Of a DNA stretch of 64,000 bases, positions 13,401 through 28,400 are shown in pieces. Where the stretch lies: positions 31,126,001 through 31,190,000 of the forward strand of contig CM052816.1 in the NCBI GenBank assembly GCA_028534125.1, read 5' to 3'. Source of the stretch: Lama glama. Its lineage: Eukaryota. The stretch's first letter is position 1. Each line of letters begins with the position of its first letter. The notes under the pieces were generated by a model, which saw only the letters and a program-made list of their open reading frames with translations, was not told where the DNA came from and ran no database searches. The position numbers and the translations under genes were made by a program.

Positions 13401-16400
13401 ATTAAAAGTCATGATTCTTATACATTGTACAATATTCTATAAATATTTAAATACATTATTTCTGTTTTATTTACATCTTCTCTGTCGCATCCTTTTAAAA
13501 TTTTTCCTTTAAGGGCTTCCTTTTAAAACACTGAATTTTCTTTGCTGCTCTTTTAAGATTCTCTTAAAAATTCTCCATAATCAGTTAAAATCTTATTAAA
13601 CCAAAGTTAATTTGATTGAAAATATACGGGACTTTCAAATAACTGACCACCAGGTTTTGACTTGAGGAAGACAATACTCCTTCCTCTCAAACTGTTGTGA
13701 AAAACACTGTTTTCTGGAGCTTTCATTTCTCACAGCAGTAGGTGGTGTTGCTCTTCCCCAATAATGACTTCCTTTGAATTGTCTTTTTTCTAATTTTTTA
13801 TTGTTACAAAACATACACAACATAAAATTTGTCATCGTGACCATTTTTAGGTGTACAGTTCAGTGGAATTAAATACATTCCTAAAGTTGTGTAACCACCA
13901 CCACCATCTATGTCCATAATTCTTTCTGTCTTGTGAAACTGAAACTCTGTACCCATTAAACACCACCTCCGCATCCTCCCGCCCCCCGCCTCCGTCCAGT
14001 CCTTGGCAACCACCAATTTTTTGTGTCTCTGATTTGACTGCTGCAGTACCTCACATAGATGGAATCAGACCGTATCTGTCTTTTTGTGATGGGCTATGTC
14101 ACATAGCATAATGTGCTCAAGGTTCATCCATGTTGTTGCATATAGCCCAGTAACTATTATAGTATAAAATTCCACAATAACCACAGAATTTGATCCTAAT
14201 CTTATTAAGTTAGGGTCTGTAGATAATAAAGAACCAACTTCAGAGTGATGAGGTTATTATTTTTATAAATTTCTCAAGGTACATTCTAAAACCATAAGAG
14301 AAGAAAATATACTCACTTAGACAAGGAAAAAACGTCATCAACCAACTGCAGTCTGTGAATAACAGGAATAGCCTGCACATGAGATCGAAAAACGTGCAGG
14401 AAAAGATGAGAGCATTTTTTAGTAAAAAATAATTTTCAAAATAATAATGACATTTAATAATGACATTTCAAAATGATAAATGACATTTGCTGCTGACAAA
14501 GCACTTTCACGTGAAATATCTCATGGGCAGAGAAATGGTAATTTCTGAGGATAGTTCCCATAACTTGTTTATTATACATCTGTTTTTGATAAGTGGTCCC
14601 TCTGGACATAAATCATAAGGCTTAAATATGGCTGAGAGTTTTGCCAAAATATTCTGCGAAAAAACAGCATGTTAAAAAATAAAACAGGAAGCCAAGTGTA
14701 CAGGGCCTCTGCAAAACAGAGAGTATACATTAACTTGTATTACAATGTCCAAATTACTGTCAGGGGAATTTTTGGCATAGAAGGCCTTAAATAGCACTAT
14801 TTTGCCAATACTGAGGTACTCCTTTGAATGGTATCTTCTCCAAATTTTATTGATTCAACACACCACCAACAGAGCCTTTTGAATCATGGAAAGGCAGGAA
14901 TCAATTATCAATCTCCCTCCTCAGGCTTCTGTTTGAGCTCCCTGGCACTGCCAGGCCACAGGACTCTGTCTCAGCTTGTGCCCTAAGGCTGCCAGCGTTT
15001 CCTACAGCATTATTTCAACATCCCCCAGCATATTCACGTATGTGGTCCCAGAAAATGTATTTTTCCAACATCCCTTTGAGCAGCTGAACAAGCCAAGCTT
15101 AATTCTTTCCTTGGTAGCAGTCTCTCCTAGCAGTAATAACACATTTTCTAGATTAATATTAATAATAGAAATGTTTTATTTGCCCACCAGTTATGTTATA
15201 GGAATAGCTGACCTCAGCTTTTCAATAAGTAAATCTACAATGGTTTCAAGAAATCATTGCTCTAATGGCATGACCCAGTGCTTCCGTGGCTAAGAGCACT
15301 CTTAGAAATTAAAAAGAATTTAGCTACTATGAAAAAGATTTTAAAATAAAATACTATTATAACTGGATTTTATACCTTTATTCCAAAGCCCTATAATAAT
15401 TTATTTTTGAAAAGTTACTGAACATGTTGTGAATGCCAGAATTGTGTTGGGCCTCTGTTAAACATAATACACACACCACCTTATTTAACCTTCACAACCA
15501 CCCTTTTTAAGGCTGGTCTATTATACCCATTATTATACAGATAAGGAAACCAAGGTGTGACAAAATAAGAGGCCCAAGGTCACACATCTGGTAAATGATG
15601 AACAAAAACATGAACGCAAGTCTATGTGACCCAGAGCCCAAACTCTGGACCAATATGCTGTGCACTGCCTCTTCTGCTGTGTGACTCAGAACCTTCAAAG
15701 AGACAGAGACCTAAGATATCTCTTAGTTCACCATCTGGTTTTATGAATGGAGTCTAAGTGAACTGCCCGAGATGTCACAGCAGAGCCAGCTCCATACACT
15801 TCTAAGCCAGCATCCATCTCCACCAGTGGGGATTTGGTTTAATTCAACCAATTAAAATCTGACTGATTAGAACTAGACAACATTTTAGGATTTATTTATT
15901 GCATAAGAATTTAGAGTTGTTTTACAGTGTAAAGTAATATTGAATTATTATTGATACCCTGTAAATTAAGTTCTCTCCCTTGAGGGAGAATGAGTATATA
16001 ATTTTTTTAAATTAATAATTTCTAGCATGTATCTATACTGAGTACCTATTATGGGCTTATAAATTTTAAGTATATGTTTACCTATATTGTCTCTAATCCT
16101 CATAATGAATAAGAAAGATATGATATTATTCCCACATTAAAGTGAAGAAATTGAAGTAGAACATTTAAGCAACTTGCCTAAGATCACAATAACTAATGGT
16201 TAACAGGAAATTATTCTGATTTTTACCTTGAAAGCTAAAATTATTGTGGGAAAGTGAGATTAATGTTTAAAAACACAATATATTCAACCAAAACCTCCCC
16301 TAAGAATAAAGAAAATAAATCCAATATGCCTTGGGATGAGGGATGGCAACAGGGGTCAGGTGGCAACCAGACAGGTTAGTGAAGGGTCCATCTCTAAAGG

Positions 16401-19400
16401 CTAGAGAATGCAACAGTAATGACATTTCAGAAAAAGTATAAAAAGTAGCCTCACCTTAGGATCTTTTTCAAGCTGTTGATTTAATTTCTTCCAACCCAGC
16501 TTATCATAGTTAACTCTATAATATCCAGTCATATTCAAATTTAAAATCACCCAGTCAGAATCAGAATCTGAAACTTGCATTTCGGGGAATACTTCTACAA
16601 ACAAATATGTGAAAAGTTTGAAGTGGTACATTTAAAAAATACTTCCCTACACGTTTGCACTATATCCTTATCATTCTAAACAATAAACTCGATAGAACAA
16701 AAAGCAAACAAATTCTAAAATCTGTGTTGATCTTACGCTATCATTATATTTTTTTCACATATAATGGATTTGACTTGAAACTTTTCTTTAAAGCTCTGTG
16801 TTCAACGAGAATGATATAATATTTTACTTTTACATATGATAGCATTTCAAAAGACAGACATTTCAACATTTTGTTCTGACTTTATACACACACACGTATA
16901 CATATATATATTCACATATACATGTGAAGATATTTTTAAAAATTTGTTACTTACTGCTGCTTTTATCTAGCCAGACTAAAGACTGTGTAATTCCATTTTT
17001 TATCCAAAGAATAGGTATGATCCATGTGTCACTTTTGGGAAAAACATTAAAAATTCAGTTAATGTTCACACATAAGAACATAAGCTCTGAGCCAATATTG
17101 AAAGAGACAGTAAAATAACAGACAGAACTAGAACTCTTTGGTCATTCCCTGCGGGTATGGAGGACTTGGCTCTTAGAATTATTCGCTGTTGTTTTTACAA
17201 GACAGTTTCGCTTTGGCTATTTGTTTGTTCTCTTGCTGTGTCTTACAGATTTGCTTCTTCTTATAACTTAAGGTAACTACTAAGACTCTTGTATCTGAAG
17301 CTCTCAAGGCCTGTGTATATTAAATTATAGCCACCTGGCCTTACTCAGGGGTCAAATGCCGCAGACAGACCCAAATCCATCCGTGCCAAGAAAGGAGAAG
17401 AATCATTTAAGAAGAGAAAGCTTGACAAACATTTCAAAATGCTTTTTGACCTCAAACTTTCTCCCCATCTGAAAAGTGTTCAGCACAGATTAGCCGGATT
17501 ATTCATATTTACTGAATGCCGGCATTCTTCCCACATGAGTGGACGTGACCTGGAGGAAGCAGCTGACCACAGAGGACATTAGTCATCGGAAGAGACACAG
17601 TGCTTCAATTTGGGCAACACTTTCAATCTTGCCCAGATGCTTTCAAGTCTAGTTTCTCAAAGACTCTGAGTTGAAGGTCTATGTTTAAGTGATCGCTAAG
17701 TCTACCTCAAAAGTCTCAGAATATCGCAGTGAGAAGGGACCTGCGCATCTCTCGTTCCTCTCCCCTGGGGTTTTAAAGGGAGTGAGATCATTTGAAAATT
17801 TTCATGGTGGTATATGAAAATGAACTACTAATTTGTGCTGATACTTATTACGGTGAGATATGAGGATCAAAACTTTATCAAAAATAGTTGAAAATGACCT
17901 AACAAGTTAAGAAAGAGAAGGGATAGGAAGGAGAAAGTGATGAATGCTAAGCCACTTTATACATATTATTTCATTTCATCTTTCCAACTGGGATACATGT
18001 TATTACATTTACTTTATAGGTAAGGCGACTGAAAGTCAGAGGTTTTAAATAGGACTTATCTAAGGCTTGAATTTTGGATCTGAAGGCCATAACTCTAATA
18101 TTTTAGGTATGGCTATGAATGCATGTACAGACATGCACAGAACTAGTTCTCAAGGGTCGAGTCACCATTCAGTTCCGTTTCGAGGGAAGGGAAGACGACC
18201 TTGCAACAGGACCCCTCTTCTCCCAACTAACATGAGGCTGTCCAGCCTCTATCTTATTACCTCTCACACAGAATTCTGGATAAGTCATTACTGCTGTCTA
18301 AAGGACAAAAGAGAATACATGACACCCGAAGCTCTGGTCGCGGGCATGGTCCTAAATCCCAGGGGAGGAGCGCTGCGTGAATCCCTAAATGCAGGTCTCT
18401 GGCCTTGCTCAGAACTCCAGGGGCTCTGCTCATCTGAGCTCCCCAGCGACATCCTGTGTGGAGCACCTGGTCATCATCCCAGTCACCAGAGAAGAGTGTG
18501 TACCCAGGAGGGCTTGTGCTTCCTCGCCCACAGGCTGGTTTCCATGTGGTCAGAGCTCAACCCCAAGGGAAGTGAAGACAGGGGAGTAAATCGACCTACT
18601 TGCGGGTTAGAAGAGTCTGATTTTCAACCTTTCCCAGGTAAAATGGCTCCTGTTTCATGATGCCAGTAGATACATCTAAGGTGATAACTGGAAAGCCACT
18701 CTGGTGTGTCCAACTGTCCATTATGCTTTTTACTGTTGCTGGCAAAAGAATTTTACTCTGATCATCTACGGCCTGTTTTAAAAAAATCATGACAAAAGCA
18801 GATATTTATCATCAAAGTCTTTTGAGGTAGCAATCTCCTAAAAGAAATCACACAGCTATCCTATTCCTACTATTCCTATTATAAATTCCTACACCTTATA
18901 TAGTAATTCCCAGTGGATATTATGGGCTAAATTTAATTCTGTTCAACTCTCTATATTTGGATGGTTCCTTAGTTCATTCATTCATTCATTCACTCATTCA
19001 TTCAGCAAACACATTTTTATGGACCTAATATGTGCAAGCTCTCTTCTGGGCACTGGGAAGACAGTGGTAAAGATTAAAGAAGCAACCCTTGACTTAAGAG
19101 AGTGTCACAAACAAGGAAAGACTGTTTTCCTGTGACATTTCCATACACATATGGCCTCCCAATCTTACACTGTGTCATACAGAACAGCTCAGCAAAAACC
19201 TGGCTGGAAGTGGGACAATTACCATTTGAAAATGCCTCCACAGATCATCTTGCTCAGCATTCGAGTAAGAAAATGTCTCCAAATATGACTGTAAGAATAG
19301 AAAAATTAAGGTCAAAATAAATAGCATGCCAGAGCAATTTATGTTTACTGTCTATCAGGTAACAACAATTTTGTAAACTCACCTTAAGGGCACTGATAAA

Positions 19401-22400
19401 GATTTTCTCATTCAGGAAACTAGAAAGCATCCGGGCCATAGAAGCTCCCTAGGACATAAGAAGCTGTCCATTATTTGAATAAAATTCAGTATCTAAATAC
19501 TGACACATTCCATTCGACATGTAAGACTCTGGACTATGCTCCTGATTGCATTGTGTGCTTCAGTTGAATGTCTAGGTTATTGCCAAATGTGCTAATAAAA
19601 TAGTAGATTGATATTAATTACTAAGTAAAAGGTGAGCAGATGACCTACATCTGAAGAGTTCAGGGTACACAAAAGTTTTTAGGCTGAGATAATCACATGA
19701 CAAGCATAAAGAAAAGATGCTGCCTGCCCTTCCAGTTCTACAAGGATCAAGCCATCAGCCACTGCTGCTGCCCACTGACAGTGCACCCAGAAGGGAACTG
19801 AGGATGGAGAAAAACACGAAGGATTCTGTGCTTTGATATACCAGCCCCTACATAGTTAAGATACATATCTAAGGAAAATTTTCAATGACCTCAGATTCTT
19901 GCATTTTTTCCATACATAGAAAAAGTACTAAAATCATTAACTTGAGATGTTTGTTCTTTGTAATTAGCAGTAACTTTTTTATGCTTGACAGAGTGTTTTT
20001 CCCAGCAAAAACCTGGCCTCTTAGGAGCAGTTTCTCAGAGCAATCTGAGAGGCTGTCTTCAAGGCTATAGTCGTCAGTAAGATTCCCAAATAAAACTAAA
20101 CCACAACTTTTAAGTTGTGTGTTTTTCTTTCAGTTGACACAAGAACAAATTTCTACCAAGCACCTTAAAAGTAGCAAGCTATCAAAGCCTGTATTTATAA
20201 AGGTGGGTGGTATTGAGCACCTACTGTGGGTTGATTAATATTTACTAATAAGAACTGATGTAACTATGTTTTCTGAAATCCATCTATTGAATAATATTAA
20301 GGTTTTTGTAACAAAGCTGTGTAGTAGCACATTAGTCTATAACCCTTAGAATCCATTTTATGCAGCTTTCTGCAAGAGTACAGAACAAAAGAAAGTATGT
20401 AACTGACTTTACCTTGTTGTAAGTAAACAGGTCAAAGAGATCATTTATTTCACTGGTTTCTGTGAAATTTTCCATCTTCATGGAGACGGCTCTAGACACC
20501 AGGGCATTATCTTGTTGGAGGATATCATGTAAAATGTTAGAAAAAAAGACCTCATTCTGAAAGGAAAACGTTGAGCCACATTACCTTCCGAGGTGTCACA
20601 GAAACACAAAGTTCAATGTTCCTAAAATCCTTTCAAAAACTAACACTGAAGAGGGGAAAAATCAATAATTGGGAAGTCCTCTTTGGGCTGCAATAAGCCG
20701 AATAAGTCAGGATTCCTTGAATAACAAAACTCTAGGATACTTTCCTTCCCATTCTGTAGTCTTTCTTATTTCAATTAAAGAAATCAGTTGAAAAGTTAAT
20801 GTGGCTTCCAAGAGAACCATCTATATTCCCGTAAGGAGGTCCTCGGCCACCCAGACACATCCTCCAGCGAATAGCAGCTCTGGGTCCTTTTATTTACGTA
20901 TTTATTTTTATTGAAGTATAGTTGATTTACAGTGTTGGGTTAGTTTCTGGTGTACAGCATAGCGATTTAGTCATATATATATACTCTTTTTCATATTCAT
21001 TATAGGTTATTACAAGATATTGAATGTAGTTCCTTGTACTATGCAGTAGGACCTTGTTGTTTATCTATTTCATATATAGTAGTTTGTATCTGCTGTTGGT
21101 GGCTTTAATCCTCTAGAATTTCACCGGTAGTTGATTAGTAATCCCTTAAAATTTATCAGTCTCTCTAACATGAACATTTATAACCAAAAGCATGACAGAT
21201 TTACAAATTCATAATGATATGGATGTATTAATATTAGTTACTAGAAATAAATCCACAGACTGGATACTACAGTTTATAGCTCATACATTAAGAGAAGGCA
21301 GTTTATTACATTTTAATAAGTATAAAACTCTCCAAAAGACTAGATCTCTCTTAGACACACGACAAGGGCCATTTCTTTCTGAAGGAATGCTAGAAGGGGA
21401 AGCCAAGAATAGTCAAGAGGTACACGAGAAGACACAGCCGAAGAAAGGGCGGTGGAGAAGCTGCAGGAACACTCACTCATACCCCGACCATGACCTGTTC
21501 ATCTCATGTTTTAATGGCTTTCAGCTGAAACTAGACCAGAATTAGAAAAAATGGAAATCTGTTCTATATGCTCCTGCATATAGTTCTGTGATGCCCTTTA
21601 CTCAGTTTCAATTTAGTGACTAGGTTAAAAAGAAGACAAAGTTTTGATCTCTCAAAGATCACTCAAACAAAGCCTTAAACTTTTAAAAACCAAAGAAGTT
21701 CAGGGCAATTTTCTCAAGCTCCAGGATCTGATGCTCTTCTGGTAAGGGTTCTACTTCACTCAGCTCCACAAGTGATTGAGAAGTATAGGCTCAGAGAAGA
21801 GTGATTAGGAGTCAGTGATTAAAAGAAATAACTAAATGGTGCAAAAGAAGATAATCTTTCCATCTTAGACTATCAAAAACATTGGTCATATGTTTTTATC
21901 AACACTTCCCAGATAAATCTTAGCCATTTCATTTGCATTAAGAGGTCACTGATTGATGTTAGTAATACAGTCTATTTAATTAAGACCCTAGGTGTTTTAT
22001 GGGAATGGAAATTCTTTCCCTGTTGACTCTAAATGCAGAGTTAAATTGGGACACAATCAATGCTTTCAGAAACAGTTACAGATGACACTAACCATGTGTA
22101 AATGCTACTTTATAAAAGAGAGAGATAGAAATAATTTTTTAGATGTAAAGTATATGGAAAGGACCTTTGAAGACACCCGAGACTTACTGTATGTATATAA
22201 AGTTTATATATGTGAAAAGAGTCATATAATGAACATACACACACACACACACTCTGAGCTCCTGGAGAACAAGAACACTCCTGTGTTTTCTCTGCAGAGC
22301 ACAGTGGATAAAGGCATGGGCTTTGCAGTTAGAGAGACCTGGAACCGAATCTCACCTGGAACTGAATCTGAATCTGTGACATTAAATAACTGTGAGACCT

Positions 22401-25400
22401 TGAATGACTTACTTAATGCTTCTGTGCCTCAGTTTCCTTCAAGTAAAATAGAAACATTAACAACTACATTCATATGATTATTTTGAAGATTGAGTAAGAT
22501 GATATACGTATAGAACTCACACTACAAGGCAATTAGGTCCTAAGTGCTCAGTGCATGAATGGTAAATACAGTATTGTGTTATCATCCTTATCCTCCTCAT
22601 CAGACTAGACCTGGATAATTGGAATATAATCACAGCTCTGCCTCAATTAGGCAAATGACTTTGGGCAAGTCAATTAACCTTTCAATGCTGCATTCTCCTG
22701 ATCTACATAACGATGTCCTCTCCAGGGGAGGAAGAGCTGAGGCACTGCAGAGCTCCTGGACTGTGGGGAGGTGAGCGTTTTACAGAATATTCACAAAGGG
22801 TAGGATGGGTGACATGGAACTGAGGCTGCTATGTCAGTGCTTTCCAGAAACCGCAATTTCATAAACAGGGGAAAAAGGATTTTTTTTAAGTTTCTGTGGA
22901 GCCAAGATAGGTGGGTCAACTTTTTATTCTGCCAACGGTTTAATTAACAAAAACAAAAACAAAAACAAAAACAAATATCTATCTACCATTTCCATCCTTT
23001 CATAAAAGAGGGAAATTTTACAACCAATATAATAGAAAGAAACACAGTCTTAGACTCTCCTCCAAAGTGAATAAATTTAACTTGTAAAGAAGATCTGGCC
23101 AGAGGAGATCAGCATTTCAAATGTCACTACACTCTGAATGGGTGAGGGTAGGGAGAGGAGAAAAGAGGCCAACAATGGAGCCTTGAAAACACTTGGAAGG
23201 GGAGATGAGAAGAGGCCAGCAAAGAGTAGCAGAAAGAACAACCTTGAGCATCAGAGGAATGGCAGGAGGCAGGAGCAGAGCGGGAAAAAGGACCTGTGGC
23301 ACGGTGTGAAGAAGTGAGGTCGGCGTCAAAAGAAGATATTAAATCTAAACATGTAAACACACTTCAATCAAATAAAATCAGTTTGGCTTTATCATGCCAT
23401 TCTGAAAGCACCATCTAATTACTGTAAATAAAATATCAGAAATACATTTTGATATAAACATAAACTGGAGTGTGGGACTGGCAGATACAAACTACTATGT
23501 ACAGAATAGATAAACAGCACAGGGAACTATAGTCAATGGCTTGTAGCAACTGGTAATGAAAGAGGATATGAAAAAGAATAAATATAACTCATAGTTAAAA
23601 TAGTAAGATTTACATATTGATAAACTTATTTTTCCATATTACTATTTACTTAAAACAGCAAAAGAATATCAGCTATAATAGATATAATATCTATTACTAT
23701 TATATGCAATATCAGCTATATTATATGTGATATATAATATAGCATATCACTTATTAGTAAAATCACAGACAATTGATTACAAGTGCTTTAAAATTCAGTC
23801 TAGGTAGAAATAAATGAAAATAACGTAAAATCTAACAAGTAGGGAAAGGTTACATACATACACCTTACAAGGTGATATGATAAAATGTTAGGCAACCCTT
23901 AAAAATCTTGTTTTCAAAAATGACTTAATGATCTGTGGAAATGCTCTTGAAGTAATAGGAAGTAGGAAAGGCATTACATATTTCTGTGTACTTCTCATTT
24001 TTATGAATATTTACAATAATAAAAGCCTGGAAAAAGAAAACACATCAAAAAGATAACACTGATTATCTCTGGTATTAGAGATAACTTACTATTGCTTGTC
24101 TTTGTCTGTATTTTATCTATTTTCTTTTTTTTAATTAAAAATTTTTAATTTCTTTTTTTTAAATGGAGTATGTCCTGGACTGAACCCAGCATGTGCATGC
24201 TAAGGATGCATCCACCACTGAGCTATACTCACCCCCTACATTATCCATTTTCAAATAAATTTAACAGACATACTTACCCTTGGGAAGTTAGGATTGAAGT
24301 AGTTAATTACTCCAAACTCAAAATAAGATGCAAAACCTTCATTGAGCCATATATTGTTCCACCAACTCATGGTAACCAAGTTTCCAAACCACTTTTGGAG
24401 TTGGGAGAAAAAAGAACATTCTTAAATTCAATTTCAGCAATATTTATTGTAATCACATGTTAAGCAAATGTAAGGTCAGAGACACAATTAAAATTGAGAT
24501 TTGCTATCAATAGTCAAACTTGAAACCAGGACTCCAAAATCACGTTGGCGTTTTAACATCAAGAGACATCAGTCATGCATTTCTCTAAAATAATCATTTC
24601 ACATCCAATGACTGAAGCAATTTTTGTTTTAAAACCGTGATGTTGAAAAATAAGGTAAGCTGGAGTAGCATTTCTTAAACTGCCACTTTGTCCAAAAGTA
24701 TGCTCAGTTAAAGCGGAAGTCCTAAATGTTCACTTAACAGCTACTAACGACAGCATCTTATACTCCAAACAGACTACAACAGAATTTTTCTGTAAGCAGT
24801 TATTGTGTTTTTAAGGACATGATTTGATCTGCACCATGTAAAAATCACTCAAGTATTCGTATGTTCTGCAGAGTGGTCCACCTATAATTATTTTCTGTTT
24901 GAGCTTAACAGAAAGTGTCAAATGGATGATGAATAGAATCAGGAAAGAAAAACACAGTAATTTCCAAAACCAACAAATCCACACCCTGGTATTTAACCAA
25001 ATTGTTATAATAGCTGTGATGTACAAATAGTTAGCAGCCTGTATTCCAAAACAATGTGTCACTTAGACTATAATGAAAAATGACACTTTGGGGTGACTGA
25101 CCAAAACTTGAGAAAGTGTGTGTTGATTATATAACAGGGTGTTATTCAAACCCAGTAAATCACTCATCTCCAAAACTTCTTAAGGGTCCGTATAACAAGA
25201 AGATAACAATTTCAAAGTTTAGATGATTTCTTTCTTGACAAACTTGTATTGATAAAGGTCAAAATGCAGATGTGAGATTCTTCATCAAATCAAATAACTA
25301 AACTGCTAAAAATCACAACCTAAAAGTACATAGATCTAATGAAATACAGCTTGTTTGCATCACCTGTGGGGCTATAGCTCAAGGATTCATTACTGCTCAT

Positions 25401-28400
25401 GTCACTGACACCGATATGTTGACTACAATCCTTTAACCTGTAACTTCTTCATCTACTGAAGAAATGTGGATATCTTTCAGTGACTGTTTTGAATATCCCT
25501 ATTTTAAGATGGAATGAAAAGCAAATAATCATAGTTCTGTTTGGCTTACTTTTCCTGAAGAGAAACTCTGTAGAACAGAGTTGCTTTGCAGATATGAATA
25601 CATGACCAGTGGAAGGACAGTAAGTTCTCACCACTATGATCCATCACCAATAGTTCGGATCCATCCAGAATCTGATTACACAGATCCTTCCTTGTTTTCA
25701 CTCAGTGGCTCGCTTTTCAAGTAATTTTTTAAAATTTGGTATACGGCAGGGTTTTGTTATTTTTGGTACAGCAGCTGGAGAATATCTTCATGTGAAGTAA
25801 GAAAGAACATTTTACCACATGCCTGATGTCCAATCTCGTGGGAGACAATATGGGAGATCACAGACTTTTTTTCTGTTAGTTTATCATTTGGTTGCAGCAA
25901 CAATAATGACTCATCAAACATCAACAGTCCCCAGTTTTCCATGGCACGGCTGTCAAAAGTCGGCAAGGCAATTATATCTAAGTGGGTTTAAATGGAGGGA
26001 AAAATGAAATCATTTCTTCCTCAAAATTTGAGACTTCCAGATACAAACATCTCAAAATGAAATCATATATTACTGAAAGAAAATACCAGTGAATGTTTAC
26101 AATTTGAGGGGAAAGGAGGCTTTAAAGACTAATACCAAAGACAGAAGGCAGAAAATAAATTGTTTTAACTATATGGAAATCAAATACTTTTGATAAAAGA
26201 CTTCTATCTGAAATATATAAAGAAAGCTTGAAACTCAGCAATAATAAAAAAACTTTACAAAAGTAGCAAAAGATCTAAATACATTTCACTAAAGAAGATA
26301 TACAAATGGCAAACACATGAAAAGATGCTCAACATCATATGTCGTTAGGAAATTGCAAATTAAAATGAGATACCACTACATGCCAATTCAAAATAAAATA
26401 CCAAATGCTGGAGAAGATGTGGAACAACAAGAACTCTCACTTATTGCTCGTGGGAATGCAAAATGGTACAGCCGCTTTGGAAGACAATTTGGCAGTTTCT
26501 TATAAAGCTAAATATAGGTTGACCATACAGTTTAGCAATTGAGCTCCTAGGTATTTACCCAAATGAGCTGAAAACTTATATCGGAAACATGCGTATGAAT
26601 GTTTATAGCAGCCTTAGTCGTAATTGCTAAAACTTGGAAGCAACCAAGATGTCTTTTAATAAATGAATGGATAAAGAAACTGATACAACCATACAATAGT
26701 AGTGATAAAAAGAAATAAACTATCAAGCTATGAAAAGACACAGAGTAAACTTAAATGTATGTGACTAAGTGAAAGAAGTCAGCCTGAAAAAGCTATGCAT
26801 GGTATGATTCCAATTAGTATATAACATATGGAAAACACAAAACTATAGGAACAGTAAAAAAAAAAAATCAGTGGTTGTCAGGGACTTGGGGGAAAGGGGG
26901 AGGGTGAGTAGGTGAAGCACAGGGGATTTTTATGGCAGTGAAACTATTCCATATGACACTGTAATGGTAGATACATTATACTCATAGAGCTGTACAGCAC
27001 AAAGAGTGAACCCTAATGTAAACTATGGACTTTAGTTAGTAATAATGTATCCATATTGGTTTATCAATCACAATAAAAAGTAATAATTCCCCAATGTAAC
27101 ATGTTAACAACAGGAGAAACTGGGGGTGGATGAGGGGAGGGAGAGGAGGTGTACCAGGACTCTATACTTAGGGCACAATTTTTCTGTAAACCTGAAACTG
27201 CTCTAAAAACTAAGATCTATTTAAAATTAAATATTTTAGTTCACCAGAAAACACCATAAACAAATTTTAAAGGCAAAACACAGATTGAGAAAAATATTTG
27301 CAATATGTATCACAATTAGACAATATTTTTTAATATTTAAAGAACTCTCACACATCAAAAACAAAATATAAAAATGTGAAAAATTCACTAAAGAAATAAT
27401 TTAAACAGTCAAAAATCTTATTTAAAATAGTCAGTTTCATTAGTTATTAAAACCAAAAATTAAAACAATGATATCATTTAATCTTTCAAACATATGAGAA
27501 GATTAATAATTAGTACTGGCTATAATTCATATTAATAACTAGGTATAGGTAAATTGGCACATAGTCTGTTGCTGAGGATGTGAACTGGTACAATTTTTTT
27601 CTAGAGCAACTCAGCAAAATTCTTCATAATCTTTAAAAATGTCCTATCCTTTCAACTTTTGGAATTTCTACTAAGGCAAATAGCATGGATATTTGTAAAC
27701 ATTTCCTTATGTTTTCTTTAGTGTTTTAAAAGTGCCCGCCCAAAGGTAGAATCAGTCTAAATGCTCAACTACTGAGAATTAAATTATTTTATCAAATTGA
27801 TATGTAGGCATCTGATGTCCTAAAAATGAGAATAAAAAAGAATAGTTAGATGGATCATGCTGCTACAGACTGTTAACTTACAAAAAAAAAAAAAAAGGCC
27901 AAAAACAGCCTCAATTCCATGGTGACATTTTTGTTAAAAACAAAGAAGCAAATACAGAAATTGAGATGAAGAAACATTGGAAAAATATATACCAAAATGC
28001 CACTCATGGTTATCTCTGCATGGTAGCATTACAGGAGATTTTGCTTCCTTTTTTTTGTGCTTTTCCCTATCTTTCCAAATTTCTATAGTGTGATCATTTA
28101 CTACTTCTAAAAACAGAAGAACAACAAAATTTTTAAAATTTTCTTTTGCTAATGGAAGAAATATTACTCCTAAAATCCATGCTACACTTGCCTAATGAAT
28201 GGTTTATGCTACGCTATGTTCAGTAATTTAAGTGGACTTTATACTTGGTTGAAGTTGACAGTGTGTAGTTAAGTGTATCCAAGTCATTACATTGCCTCCA
28301 CCAGGTAATGCTCTGTTAACTTTGGGCATACTTAGTTGCCTCAGCTTAAGTGTCAGAAAGGGAGTCAGGGAAAACTTCCTGGAGGAAGGGGCACTGAGTT

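Noticed and set aside
18067..18660. 197-aa plus-strand ORF antisense to exon 10
   Set aside because: Non-ATG start, begins in a MIR remnant, and no domain resemblance; consistent with a chance ORF.
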